The notes beneath the pieces are model-generated. The model was given only the letters and a program-made list of their open reading frames with translations. It did no database searches and was not told the origin of the DNA. A stretch of DNA of 64,000 bases. Origin: Chloroflexota bacterium. GTDB taxonomy: Bacteria; Chloroflexota; Anaerolineae; Anaerolineales; Villigracilaceae. Location of the stretch: contig JABRVZ010000003.1 of the NCBI GenBank assembly GCA_039961775.1, positions 83,272 to 147,271 on the forward strand, in the 5' to 3' direction. Positions 36,498 through 45,834 of the stretch are shown one piece after another. A program made the translations under genes and the position numbers. Each line of letters opens with the position of its first letter. Positions within the stretch are counted from its first letter, which is position 1.

Positions 36498-39400
36498 TTA
36501 ACCGCCAATTCGTTTGAGTGCGTTTTCAATGCTGGCAATCAAATCGTTTTCGGTGAGCGATCCCTTGGCAATGAGCCTTTTGCCGTACTCGGCAAGTTGT
36601 TTGTGCTGTTCGTTGGTGAGCCCGCCGCCGCTGACCACCAGTACCGGTATCTCGCGGAGCGCCGGTTCTTCCATCATTTTTTCGAGAATCATGAAGCCAT
36701 TCATCTCCGGCATGAAGATGTCAAGAATGACGGCGTCTGGCGGATTGGTGTTGAGGATTTCCCAGCCGCGGCGTCCGCCTTCGGCAAGAACTGGTTGATA
36801 TTTGCCGTGTTCGGTCAGGATTTTTTCGATGAGGCGTAAGTCGTTGGGGTCGTCATCAACGACCAGCACGCGGCGGATTTTGTCGTTTTTGTCGAGGCGT
36901 TCCAGCGCATGGACAAGGTCTTCTTCGAGAATGGGTTTGACCAGGTAGTCTGCCGCGCCGAGGGTGAAGCCCTTGTCGGTTTGTTCGACGATGGAACAGA
37001 TGATGATGGGCACGTCTCGCGTGGCAGGATCAGATTTGAGGTCGGTCAGAACCGACCAGCCATCCACGTTGGGCATCATGATGTCGAGGGTCACGGCAAA
37101 GGGGTTGATTTCCTTCACTTGTTCCTTTGCCCTGGCAGGTTCGGTCAGAGCGACGACGTGGTATCCCTGCGGCGTGAGGTAGCGTTCGTAGAGACTGATG
37201 ACCTGCGGGTCGTCGTCAATGGCAAGCACAATTTTTTTGCCCGCCGGAATTTCCCCGGCTGGCTGGCGGAAGAGCGGCATGGTGAACCAGAAGGTGGAGC
37301 CTTTGCCCTCCTCACTTTCGACGCCGATGCGCCCCCCATGGAGTTGAACGAGGTTGGCGCAAATGGAGAGACCCAGTCCCGAGCCGCCCGTCTTGCGGGT
37401 GGCGGAGCCATCCACCTGCGAGAACGCCTTGAATAGTTTTTCCTGACCTTCCGACGATATGCCGGGACCGGTGTCGATCACTTTGATGAGCGCCTCGAAT
37501 TTTCCGTTTGGCGCTTTTTGCACGGAGGTCTCGACGGTGATGAAGCCCTCGTCGGTGAATTTGGCGGCGTTGGAAATCAGGTTGAGCAAAATCTGACGCA
37601 CACGCATCGTGTCGCCGCGGACAGTGGGCATTTCCGGCGGAACCTTTTCGATGAGTTGGATGGGCTTTTCCTTGACAAGTCCTTTCGCCGTGGAGAAGAC
37701 GCTGTGAATCATCTCGGCGAGGTGAACTTCCTCGAAGTTGAGTTCCATCTTGCCGGCTTCGATGCGTGCCAGGTCGAGGATGTCGTTGATGAGTCCGAGC
37801 AGGTGCTGACCCGAATTGTAGATGGCGGTGAGGTCCTGCTGCTGCATGTCGGTGATGGGACCATCTATGCCCTTCAGGATGACGCGCGAGAAGCCGATGA
37901 TGGAGTTCAGCGGGGTGCGCAGTTCGTGGCTCATGTTGGCGAGGAACTGACTCTTGAGTTTGTCCACTTCCTGGAGGTTCTTGATGAGTTCCTGCGATTC
38001 AAGGTACAGGGTGGCGTTGTTGATGGCAACGGCAACCTGGTCTGCCAGAGATTGAAGGATGGAAAGCGCATCGGTGGTGAAGGCGTGCGGCTGGGTAGAT
38101 TGAATGTCAATCACGCCGAGCGCCTTGCCGCTGACCTTGAGCGGAATGGCGACCTCTGATTGCGTGTCGAGCAGGAGCGGGTTGGGCTGGTACAGGCGGT
38201 CGGTGGCGGTGTCGTTGACAATGACGGTGTCACCTTTTTCCGCCGCTTTGCCTACGATGGTTTGCGAGCCGACGGGGACCCTGTATCGTTGGGCTTTCAT
38301 TTTTTCGCCGGCGCCGCCTGTCGCTTCGCGCAGGATGACATGGTAGCCGTCTTCGTCCATCTGATAGATGGCGGCGAAGTAGAAGCCTAGGCGGTCGCTG
38401 ACCAGATTGACGGTCTGTGCGAAGATCGTGTTGAGGTCGAGCGTGGAGGTGACGAGCCGCCCGATTTCGGCGGAAGCGGCAAGGTAGATGTTGCGCCGCT
38501 CCAGGGCTTCTCGGGCTTCCAGGCGTTCCAGCGCGGCGGATGTTTGAGCGGCGATTGCCTCGAGGATTTCTTCGTGCTTTTCTGTGAGGCGTATGGCAGG
38601 GTTATAGGTCTGAACCGCCATGACGCCTCGTACCGCGCCGCGGCTTTTCATCGGCACCCCAAGCCAGTCCACGCTGGGAGCGCCGTCGGAGACAATTTCG
38701 CCGCTGGCTTCGAGGTCGGCAAAGATTTCCGGAGTGACGCGCAGGCGTTTACCGGAACGGATGACATAAGAGGTGAGCCCGCGCCCCAGTTTGCGAGGCG
38801 CCCAGTCGTCGTCGTATTCATCCGCGTGATAAGGGAAGGTAATCTGTTGAATCTCCGGGTCGTAGAGCGCCACGAAGAAGTTTTTGGCTGGCAGAAGTGG
38901 TTGAACGGATTCGTGTACGGTGCGGAGTAATTCTTCTGCTGATTGAGCCGTCAGAGCGCTCTCGGTGATGTGCGTGATGGCGTCCTGGGTGAGTTCGTTG
39001 ATCTTACGGTCGGTGATGTCGTGCGCCACCCAAAAGACCTCGGTTTCGCTCAACTTGGAGACGTTGGCGTCGAACCAGAAGCGGCTGCCTTGAATTTCCA
39101 ACGGATATTCGATGCGCACAATTTCATCGCTATTCAACGCATCGAGGATGGCTTTCATAACCGGTTCGCAAAGGTCCGGCGGCAGGACATCGCGGATGTT
39201 TTTTCCCACCATTTCGTCGGGGGGGCGAACCAGCAGGGAGGGGTTGGTGGGTGCGATGCGGACGTAGGTGCCATCCTTGTCGTACACGATAATGACGTCA
39301 TTCATGGCGGCGAACAACGCCCGCAGTTCTGCCTCGGAGCGCTTGGTCTCCTGGAATAGACGGGCGTTTTCGAGCGCCAGCGTCAGTTGGTCGGTCACCT

Positions 39401-39716
39401 GACGGGCGAGCAGTTGGTCTTCCTCCGTCCAGACACGCTGATTGGTTTCATCAACAACCTGCAGGGTCGCCCAGGTATCGGTGCTCAGTTTGAAATCCAG
39501 CGCCAGGGCGGTTTCCGTGAGGGGTGCCGCTTTGGCGCGGCGAACAATGCCGGGGTGTTTTGCTGCCGGCAGTTCCTTGCCCGATACCGCTGCAGGCGGC
39601 TGGGACGCGCCGGCAGGAGCAACCGCCTGAGGTTCGACGCTCGGTTCTTCGTGCTTGATGTCTTCGAATAGTTTGTCAAGCCGCCTGTCGAGCGGTTTCT
39701 TCTTTGGCATATTCAA
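36498..39716 (-). CDS. Hybrid histidine kinase: basic peptide / half-GAF / PAS / GAF / GAF / HisKA / HATPase / REC / REC
   Basis: ANMSHELRTPLN, NLISNAAKFT, DTGPGI, GGSGLGL. Two receivers (TLDIMMP; ILDIFMP). Start may be at 39710. Confidence 0.93.
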   Translation of the reverse strand: MNMPKKKPLDRRLDKLFEDIKHEEPSVEPQAVAPAGASQPPAAVSGKELPAAKHPGIVRRAKAAPLTETALALDFKLSTDTWATLQVVDETNQRVWTEEDQLLARQVTDQLTLALENARLFQETKRSEAELRALFAAMNDVIIVYDKDGTYVRIAPTNPSLLVRPPDEMVGKNIRDVLPPDLCEPVMKAILDALNSDEIVRIEYPLEIQGSRFWFDANVSKLSETEVFWVAHDITDRKINELTQDAITHITESALTAQSAEELLRTVHESVQPLLPAKNFFVALYDPEIQQITFPYHADEYDDDWAPRKLGRGLTSYVIRSGKRLRVTPEIFADLEASGEIVSDGAPSVDWLGVPMKSRGAVRGVMAVQTYNPAIRLTEKHEEILEAIAAQTSAALERLEAREALERRNIYLAASAEIGRLVTSTLDLNTIFAQTVNLVSDRLGFYFAAIYQMDEDGYHVILREATGGAGEKMKAQRYRVPVGSQTIVGKAAEKGDTVIVNDTATDRLYQPNPLLLDTQSEVAIPLKVSGKALGVIDIQSTQPHAFTTDALSILQSLADQVAVAINNATLYLESQELIKNLQEVDKLKSQFLANMSHELRTPLNSIIGFSRVILKGIDGPITDMQQQDLTAIYNSGQHLLGLINDILDLARIEAGKMELNFEEVHLAEMIHSVFSTAKGLVKEKPIQLIEKVPPEMPTVRGDTMRVRQILLNLISNAAKFTDEGFITVETSVQKAPNGKFEALIKVIDTGPGISSEGQEKLFKAFSQVDGSATRKTGGSGLGLSICANLVQLHGGRIGVESEEGKGSTFWFTMPLFRQPAGEIPAGKKIVLAIDDDPQVISLYERYLTPQGYHVVALTEPARAKEQVKEINPFAVTLDIMMPNVDGWSVLTDLKSDPATRDVPIIICSIVEQTDKGFTLGAADYLVKPILEEDLVHALERLDKNDKIRRVLVVDDDPNDLRLIEKILTEHGKYQPVLAEGGRRGWEILNTNPPDAVILDIFMPEMNGFMILEKMMEEPALREIPVLVVSGGGLTNEQHKQLAEYGKRLIAKGSLTENDLIASIENALKRIGG

Positions 39717-40461
39717 TCAACTCCTGAGCGAGGACACGATATTGCTGCGAGCCGCGGCTGGTGGGTTTGTAGTGAATGATGGGCACGCCGGCGATCGGGC
39801 TTTCCCTGAGTTTGGTGTCAATTTCGATGACGGTGGTAAAAACGCCCTGCCCAAAGGTGGCTTGCAGCTGCTCGAAGATATTGCGGTGTGTGCGGTTGCG
39901 GCGGTCGAGGAGGGTGACCAGAATACGGTAGGCAAGCGCAGGATTGACTTCCTGACGGATGCGGCGGATGGTCCCCATCATGTTGCGCAGCGCGTAGGCG
40001 GAGAAGTATTCTGCCTGGGTGGGGATGATGAGCAGGTTTGCAGCGGCGAGCGCGTTGAGGGTGATCGCTCCGAGGGCGGGCGGGCAGTCGAACAGGATGT
40101 AGTCGTAGGGAAGCGGTTCAGCCGCCAGTGCGTCGCGGAGTGTGGTCAGGTAATGATTTCGCATGGGCAGGAATTGCTCCGCATTTTCGATGCGAAAACT
40201 GGACGGCACCAGGGAAAGGTTACGAATTTCGGTGGCGCGGACGGCGGTTTTAAGGGGCGCGCCTTCAATCAGCACGTTTGCCGAGGTGATGCTTGTCTCG
40301 TCGGTTTCCAAACCAAGGGCGAGCGAAAGGTTCGCCTGCGGGTCGAGGTCCACCAGCAGGACGCGGTAATTCAGTTCGGCAAGCGCCGCGCCCAGCGAAA
40401 GCGTGGAGGTGGTTTTGGCGACGCCTCCCTTTTCGTTCGACATTGCGATTGCGTATGCCAT
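39676..40461 (-). CDS. ParA/Soj-family ATPase (orphan, no adjacent parB)
   Basis: KGGVAKTT deviant Walker A, DLDPQAN, DCPP, LIIPTQAEY. Confidence 0.92.
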   Translation of the reverse strand: MAYAIAMSNEKGGVAKTTSTLSLGAALAELNYRVLLVDLDPQANLSLALGLETDETSITSANVLIEGAPLKTAVRATEIRNLSLVPSSFRIENAEQFLPMRNHYLTTLRDALAAEPLPYDYILFDCPPALGAITLNALAAANLLIIPTQAEYFSAYALRNMMGTIRRIRQEVNPALAYRILVTLLDRRNRTHRNIFEQLQATFGQGVFTTVIEIDTKLRESPIAGVPIIHYKPTSRGSQQYRVLAQELIEYAKEETARQAA

Positions 40462-40462
40462 C

Positions 40463-42976
40463 TTACTTGTCCTTTCCGTCCGAAGCCTTGGGCAGGATTT
40501 CCACACGGGTGGCGCCAAGCGCCTGACGCAGTTCCTGCAGGGCGGTTTCGATCATGGCTTGCGGGTCGTTATGGTTGCGTATCTTGCCGGTGATTTCCGA
40601 GACCAGCCGTTCGCGTTCGGCGCGGCGGGTTGTTTCTTCGAACAGGCGGGCGTTTTCTGCGGAGAGCGCCACGCGTTCCGCCACCGCCTGAATGAGGTCT
40701 TTTTCGTCCTCACCCCATTGGGATGCGGATGCAGATTGGACGACCAGCCTGCCGATGACTTCGCCGCGCAGTTCGATCGGGACGACAATCGAGGTTGTTT
40801 CAGCCTTCTCAGCCTTTTTCTTGTCTGGAAGCGGCATGTCCAACTTGATGGGCTCGGTGAGGGGCACTGCCCCCATGGTATTGTAGCGGTAGCCGAGCAG
40901 TTTTTGGCTGTGCGGCAAACGTTTCCATGCTTCGCGAGTGGACTGGCGCATGAGTGTTTGCAGTTCTTCAAGCGCGCGGTTGGAAGCATCGAACAGACGC
41001 GCATTTTCGATGGCGAGGCTTACCTGTTCGGCGAGCAGACTGAGCGTTTGCACGTCTTCTTCGGTGAAGGCGCCGACTTCCGTGCTTTGCACGTCGAGCG
41101 CGCCGATGACTTTGCCGCCGCTGAAGAGGGGCAGCGCCATTTCGGAGTGGGTGTCGGGGAGGTCGGGGTTGTTGAAGTAGACGGCATCCACCCCGACGTC
41201 GAGGGCGATGCGCGGTTTTCCGCTTCCCGTCACGCTGCCGACGATGCCTTGTTCGCCTACTTTCAGGCGGTGTCGCCTTGCCAGCATTCTCTGACCGCCT
41301 TCGCTGTTAGCCGCGGCAAGTACGGCGTATTCGTTGTTTTCATCGAGCAGGAAGATGCCGACATGGTAAAAGCCGTACTTTTCGCTGATGACCGACGTCA
41401 CGTGCGGGAGGAGTTCCTTGGGGTCGCGGATGGAAGCGATGGATTGGGCGACCTGCGCCATTGCCTCGAATTGTGCCGCGCGGCGGTGAAGTTGGGCGTT
41501 TGCCGCTTCCAGCTCACGTCCGCGTTGTTCGACTTCCCGGGTGCGTTCGGCGACGCGCATTTCGAGCGAGTCGATGGATGTCTTGAGTTCCGCCGCCATG
41601 GCGTTGAGGGTGGAGGCAAGGGTGCCGATTTCGTTTTGCTCGGTGATGGCTGCGCGCGCTTCCAGGTTACCTTTTGCCATTTCTTCGGCGGTACGGGTGA
41701 GCGAAAGCAGAGGGGCTATCAGGCTGTTGCTGAAATTGCGGGTGGCGAGCAGGGTGAGCCCGAAGATGCCCAGAACGACGAAGAGACTGATGCCCAGCGC
41801 ATTGCGGCTTTCGCGTTCGAGTTGTTGGCGGGCTTCCAGCGCTTTGGCGAGCATTTCATTGACCGGTACGATGATTGCCAGGCTGAAGCCCGCGCGTTGT
41901 ACCGGGCGGTAAACGACGAACCTCCTGGTGCCGTTCAGGCTGAGTTCTGTGAAGCCGCTGTTGCCGGCGGTCATTTCGGTGAGTATGGGCGCGAGTTCTC
42001 TGGCGGTGCTTCCCAGGTTGGTGGCAGTGAGTTTGCCTCCCAGCGGTAACATGTTCGGGTTGATGTTCAGATCGGCGTAGCCCGCATTGGGCATGGCAAT
42101 CAGCCGCCCGTCGCGGTCGAGCAGGAATGCGTAGCCGCTCTCTGCCACGCTGATATTACCGACGATTTCCGAGATTTTAGTTAGTTGAATATCCTGCGCA
42201 ACGACGCCAGCCAGTCTGCCTGCCGCATCGTAGACCGGCGCGCTGTTGGTGATGACAATACCGTTGAGCGCGGCGTCCAGATACGGCTCTGACCAGACCG
42301 CCCCTTTGCCAGGATTTGCTTCCGGCGCCGCCGCCGTGTACCAGGGTCTGCCGGTGACGTCGAAATCGGGAGGGACGATGGCGGCAAGGTCTATGTTGGG
42401 GTAATAGAGCGTGTACCCCGAAGAACCGCCAAAGTACACGGCGATGACATCGGGATTGGCTTCAAGGATGGAGGGGGCAATCAAGTCCATGTGGCGGATG
42501 ATGTTCAAATCCGCTTTCATTGAGTCGGAGAGGTCGGCTGCGGCAGGGATAAATACGGAGCCGATTTCTGTGTTGGGGTTATCCCAACTGCCCTTGTCGT
42601 TGCGGGAAAGCGATGTGCCGGCGTCCCAAAATGCGCCGGTTTCGAAAGACTGCCGGTTCAGCAGAAGGTTCTGGTCATATTCTCTCAACGAGAGGATGCC
42701 TGCCTCCAGCGACGCGAAAAAGTTCGATAAAGTTTCTGTCTTTCGGTCGGCTGTAATGGCAAGCAGGGTCTCGGCTTCATTACGTGTGGCGGCGTCGAGA
42801 CGTGAAATCAGGGCGGAGTTGGTCTGCCGCGTGCGGATGAATACGAAGACGCCCATGATGGCAAGCGCCAGAAACACGATGGCAATACTGCCGCGAACCA
42901 GCCTGTTGCGAATGGACGGCTGAGGCGCTGAATAGGATTGCGGAGAACCGCCGGTGGGTTTCACTGCATCTGTCAT
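40463..42976 (-). CDS. TM-dCache-TM-HAMP-GAF receptor with split-GAF tail, no catalytic domain
   Basis: FDVTGRPWY..WSEPY dCache, HAMP EIGTLA, conserved GAF, PIELRGEVIG...ENARL...RERLVSEI tail. ATGA overlap with the upstream gene. Confidence 0.85.
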   Translation of the reverse strand: MTDAVKPTGGSPQSYSAPQPSIRNRLVRGSIAIVFLALAIMGVFVFIRTRQTNSALISRLDAATRNEAETLLAITADRKTETLSNFFASLEAGILSLREYDQNLLLNRQSFETGAFWDAGTSLSRNDKGSWDNPNTEIGSVFIPAAADLSDSMKADLNIIRHMDLIAPSILEANPDVIAVYFGGSSGYTLYYPNIDLAAIVPPDFDVTGRPWYTAAAPEANPGKGAVWSEPYLDAALNGIVITNSAPVYDAAGRLAGVVAQDIQLTKISEIVGNISVAESGYAFLLDRDGRLIAMPNAGYADLNINPNMLPLGGKLTATNLGSTARELAPILTEMTAGNSGFTELSLNGTRRFVVYRPVQRAGFSLAIIVPVNEMLAKALEARQQLERESRNALGISLFVVLGIFGLTLLATRNFSNSLIAPLLSLTRTAEEMAKGNLEARAAITEQNEIGTLASTLNAMAAELKTSIDSLEMRVAERTREVEQRGRELEAANAQLHRRAAQFEAMAQVAQSIASIRDPKELLPHVTSVISEKYGFYHVGIFLLDENNEYAVLAAANSEGGQRMLARRHRLKVGEQGIVGSVTGSGKPRIALDVGVDAVYFNNPDLPDTHSEMALPLFSGGKVIGALDVQSTEVGAFTEEDVQTLSLLAEQVSLAIENARLFDASNRALEELQTLMRQSTREAWKRLPHSQKLLGYRYNTMGAVPLTEPIKLDMPLPDKKKAEKAETTSIVVPIELRGEVIGRLVVQSASASQWGEDEKDLIQAVAERVALSAENARLFEETTRRAERERLVSEITGKIRNHNDPQAMIETALQELRQALGATRVEILPKASDGKDK

Positions 42977-45834
42977 GCGATACTTTCTCCGTCTGAGTCG
43001 CCGAATTGGATGATGACTTCTGAGCCAGGCAGGGCGCGTCCCAGTTCTTCGACGGCGGTCTGCAGCACGTTGCGCATGTTGATGGATGCGCCGATTTTGG
43101 CGGAGACTTCGCCGATCTTTGCCTCTTTGGCGGCGCGGCGCTGTGATTCCAGCAGGAGGCGGGCGTTGTCGAGGGCGAGCGCCAGGCGGTCTGAAACGGC
43201 TTGAGCAAGGTTGATTTCGTCCTGATTCCAGCGGTGGTTGGGCAGAGGGGCTTTGATGTTGAGCACACCGATGGTTTGTCCGCGCAGTTTGACCGGGACG
43301 GCAATGGCTGGCTGGGAGAGGGCGTCTCCGCTGTTCACCACTACCACGCGTCCCTGTTTGAGCGCTTTGCGGATTTCCTCCGACATGACTGGTTTGGTGA
43401 GTCTCTGCCCGCCGGTGGCGGTTTGTTGGTAACCAATCCTTTCTGCCTGGCGGATAAATGCGCTCCATTCCCGACTTTGAATCTGGGCGTACAATGACTC
43501 GGCTTCTTCACGCGCCTGGCGCATTTGCCCAAAGAGACGGGCGTTTTCAATGGCAATGGCAACCTGGTCGGCGAGGATGCTGAGGGTTTGGGCGTCATTT
43601 TCGGTGAAGGCGCCGGGCTTGTCACTTTGTACATCCAGAACGCCGATGGTGTCGCCTCGATAGTTGAGGGGCAGCGCCATTTCGGAGTGGGTGTTGGGGA
43701 GGTCGGGGTTGTTGAAGAAAACGGCATCCGCTCCCACGTCGAGGGCGATGCGGGGTTGTCCGGTCTGGATGACGGTGCCTACCAGTCCTGTGCCGATTTC
43801 CAGGCGGTGCCCGCGGGCGAGCATCTTCTTTCCGCCTTCGCTGTTGGCGGCTTGTAGGATGGCAAAGCGGCGGGTCTCATCCACAAAGAAGATGCCGACA
43901 TGATAGAAGTCGAAGCGTTCGCTGATGAGGCGGGTAACGAGAGGCAGCAACACGTCGAGCCGTTGTTCGCTGGCGATGAGGCGGGAGATTTCGCTAATGG
44001 ATTGAAGGTCGTGCGCGCGCTTTTCACTGACCAGTACGGCGTTTTTCAGGTCCAGCGTTCGTTCGCTTACACGCTGTTCGAGCCCGGCAATCAGGTCGCG
44101 CAGTTGGGATGTCATGTAGTTGAAGGCGACTGCCAGCGCGCCGGTTTCGTCGCCGCTTTCGATGTTTGCCCGGATATTGGTATCGCCTTTGGCGATTTTT
44201 TCTGCCACCTGTTTGAGCTGGGTGATGGGAGCCGCAAGCACCTGGGCAAAGCCAGTTGCCGCCGCCGTTGCTGCCAGTGCAATCAGAATTGCAAACAAGG
44301 TGATGTTGCGCGTTTGAATTTGAATTGGCTGGAGCGCCTCGGTTTGATTTTGGATGGAGACGGCATGCCAGTTGAGATCTGTGATGAGGGTGCTCTTTCC
44401 ATTGAGTTGAACAACATCGGTGACGCGGGCGTGGCTTGCCAGGATGGGAATTTCATCGTGGAAGGTTTCATGGTAGGGTTCGGTGGATTCCAGGAGTTCG
44501 TTGATGTTCAGCGACGCAACGGGTTTTAGTATGGTTTCGTAGGCGCCGTCTTCCTTGAGCCGCAAGGAAATTTCCTGCCCGTTGGGGAGGTAGATGTCGG
44601 TGTGGCCGGTTTGACCGAATAAACCGGATGTCAGGGTGTTGGTGAAGATGGATATATCCAGGGTGGTGCGTAGAACGCCGATAGGCTCTGTATATCCCGG
44701 GGGCTGAATGCGAATTGCCATGATAACGCCAATTGCATTGATGCTTTCGTCGTATTCCGGTTGACCGATGTAGCCGCCTTGCTCGTAGGCAGTGCGCCAC
44801 CATGTTTCGTCTGCCTGATAGTAATCGGATGTGCTGTTCGTGATGGCGATGTTCACTCCCTGGCGGTTGGTGAGGATGATTTCGATGTGCTGGGGAAATT
44901 TTTCCTGGAATTGGCGGAGTTCCTGGCTGAGAGGGGCGTTCAGGATGTCACTCACGAGAGGGTCGGCGTAGTTGCGGGCGGCATTGGCAGAGCGCCATTG
45001 TTGGTCGCGGCGGACGATTTCTTCTTCGCTCAGGGGTTTCTGCGCGCTGGAAGATGAAGCAGTCTGAATGACAAGCGGATTCAACGCCAGCGTTTGAAGG
45101 AGGTCTCTCTCGTGCCCGAGGGTTTGACCGACTTCCAGTGCCTTTGAATTTGCCAGCGTGGAAAGTTGTCCGCTGATGATGCGCACCAACGTGGCGCGCA
45201 GGGTGTTGCTTGTGAGGGCTGCGCCAAGTCCAACCGTACCCAGCACGAGAGCGGCAAAAACGACGATCAATTTGGTGCGCAGGGTGTAATTACGGAATTG
45301 CCGTGCAGTGACATGCCCGAACAACAGAATGACCGTTAGCAATATGCCGGGCAGGAAGAAACGAATGATGGCTGGCGGAGGCAGGCGGAAGGCAGGCGGG
45401 AAGATTTCGACCATCATGGCGGCGATTCCACTGACGGTTCCCCAAATGACCGCCTGGGTGACCTGCCTGGCCGGCAGTGTTTGCCCCGCGATGACAGCGG
45501 TGAGAGCCAGGATGGAGATGCCAATGAGCAGCCCGATGCCTTGGATCAGCGCCACAGCAGCGATGAACGTGATTTGCAAAGCAATCAGGATGAGCCAAAT
45601 GGCAGAGGCGAGACGCCGCCGTCGCAACAGGAAGAGGCTGACAAGCAATGCCAGCGCCAGAAGCCAGATGTCGGCGCTCCAGGCATACAGTTGCCAGTTG
45701 CCCAATTGCAGCCCCAGCGCGAGATAGACGGATGCGGCGAGGATGGAGGCCGGCAAGCCAATCAGGATAATGCGCAGGGCGTTGCGTTCTTCGTTTGTAA
45801 AGTTGGAGTCGAAGCGGAATGGATTACTAATCAT
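42973..45834 (-). CDS. Multi-TM + Cache + HAMP + GAF receptor with split-GAF tail
   Basis: N-terminal hydrophobic helices, SDYYQADETWW Cache-type segment, HAMP DETGALA, conserved GAF and tail. Confidence 0.85.
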   Translation of the reverse strand: MISNPFRFDSNFTNEERNALRIILIGLPASILAASVYLALGLQLGNWQLYAWSADIWLLALALLVSLFLLRRRRLASAIWLILIALQITFIAAVALIQGIGLLIGISILALTAVIAGQTLPARQVTQAVIWGTVSGIAAMMVEIFPPAFRLPPPAIIRFFLPGILLTVILLFGHVTARQFRNYTLRTKLIVVFAALVLGTVGLGAALTSNTLRATLVRIISGQLSTLANSKALEVGQTLGHERDLLQTLALNPLVIQTASSSSAQKPLSEEEIVRRDQQWRSANAARNYADPLVSDILNAPLSQELRQFQEKFPQHIEIILTNRQGVNIAITNSTSDYYQADETWWRTAYEQGGYIGQPEYDESINAIGVIMAIRIQPPGYTEPIGVLRTTLDISIFTNTLTSGLFGQTGHTDIYLPNGQEISLRLKEDGAYETILKPVASLNINELLESTEPYHETFHDEIPILASHARVTDVVQLNGKSTLITDLNWHAVSIQNQTEALQPIQIQTRNITLFAILIALAATAAATGFAQVLAAPITQLKQVAEKIAKGDTNIRANIESGDETGALAVAFNYMTSQLRDLIAGLEQRVSERTLDLKNAVLVSEKRAHDLQSISEISRLIASEQRLDVLLPLVTRLISERFDFYHVGIFFVDETRRFAILQAANSEGGKKMLARGHRLEIGTGLVGTVIQTGQPRIALDVGADAVFFNNPDLPNTHSEMALPLNYRGDTIGVLDVQSDKPGAFTENDAQTLSILADQVAIAIENARLFGQMRQAREEAESLYAQIQSREWSAFIRQAERIGYQQTATGGQRLTKPVMSEEIRKALKQGRVVVVNSGDALSQPAIAVPVKLRGQTIGVLNIKAPLPNHRWNQDEINLAQAVSDRLALALDNARLLLESQRRAAKEAKIGEVSAKIGASINMRNVLQTAVEELGRALPGSEVIIQFGDSDGESIA

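Noticed and set aside
39676-40461. ParA as part of a chromosome or plasmid partition locus
   Set aside because: No parB gene and no parS-like palindrome was seen in the window, and it is embedded in a signalling operon.
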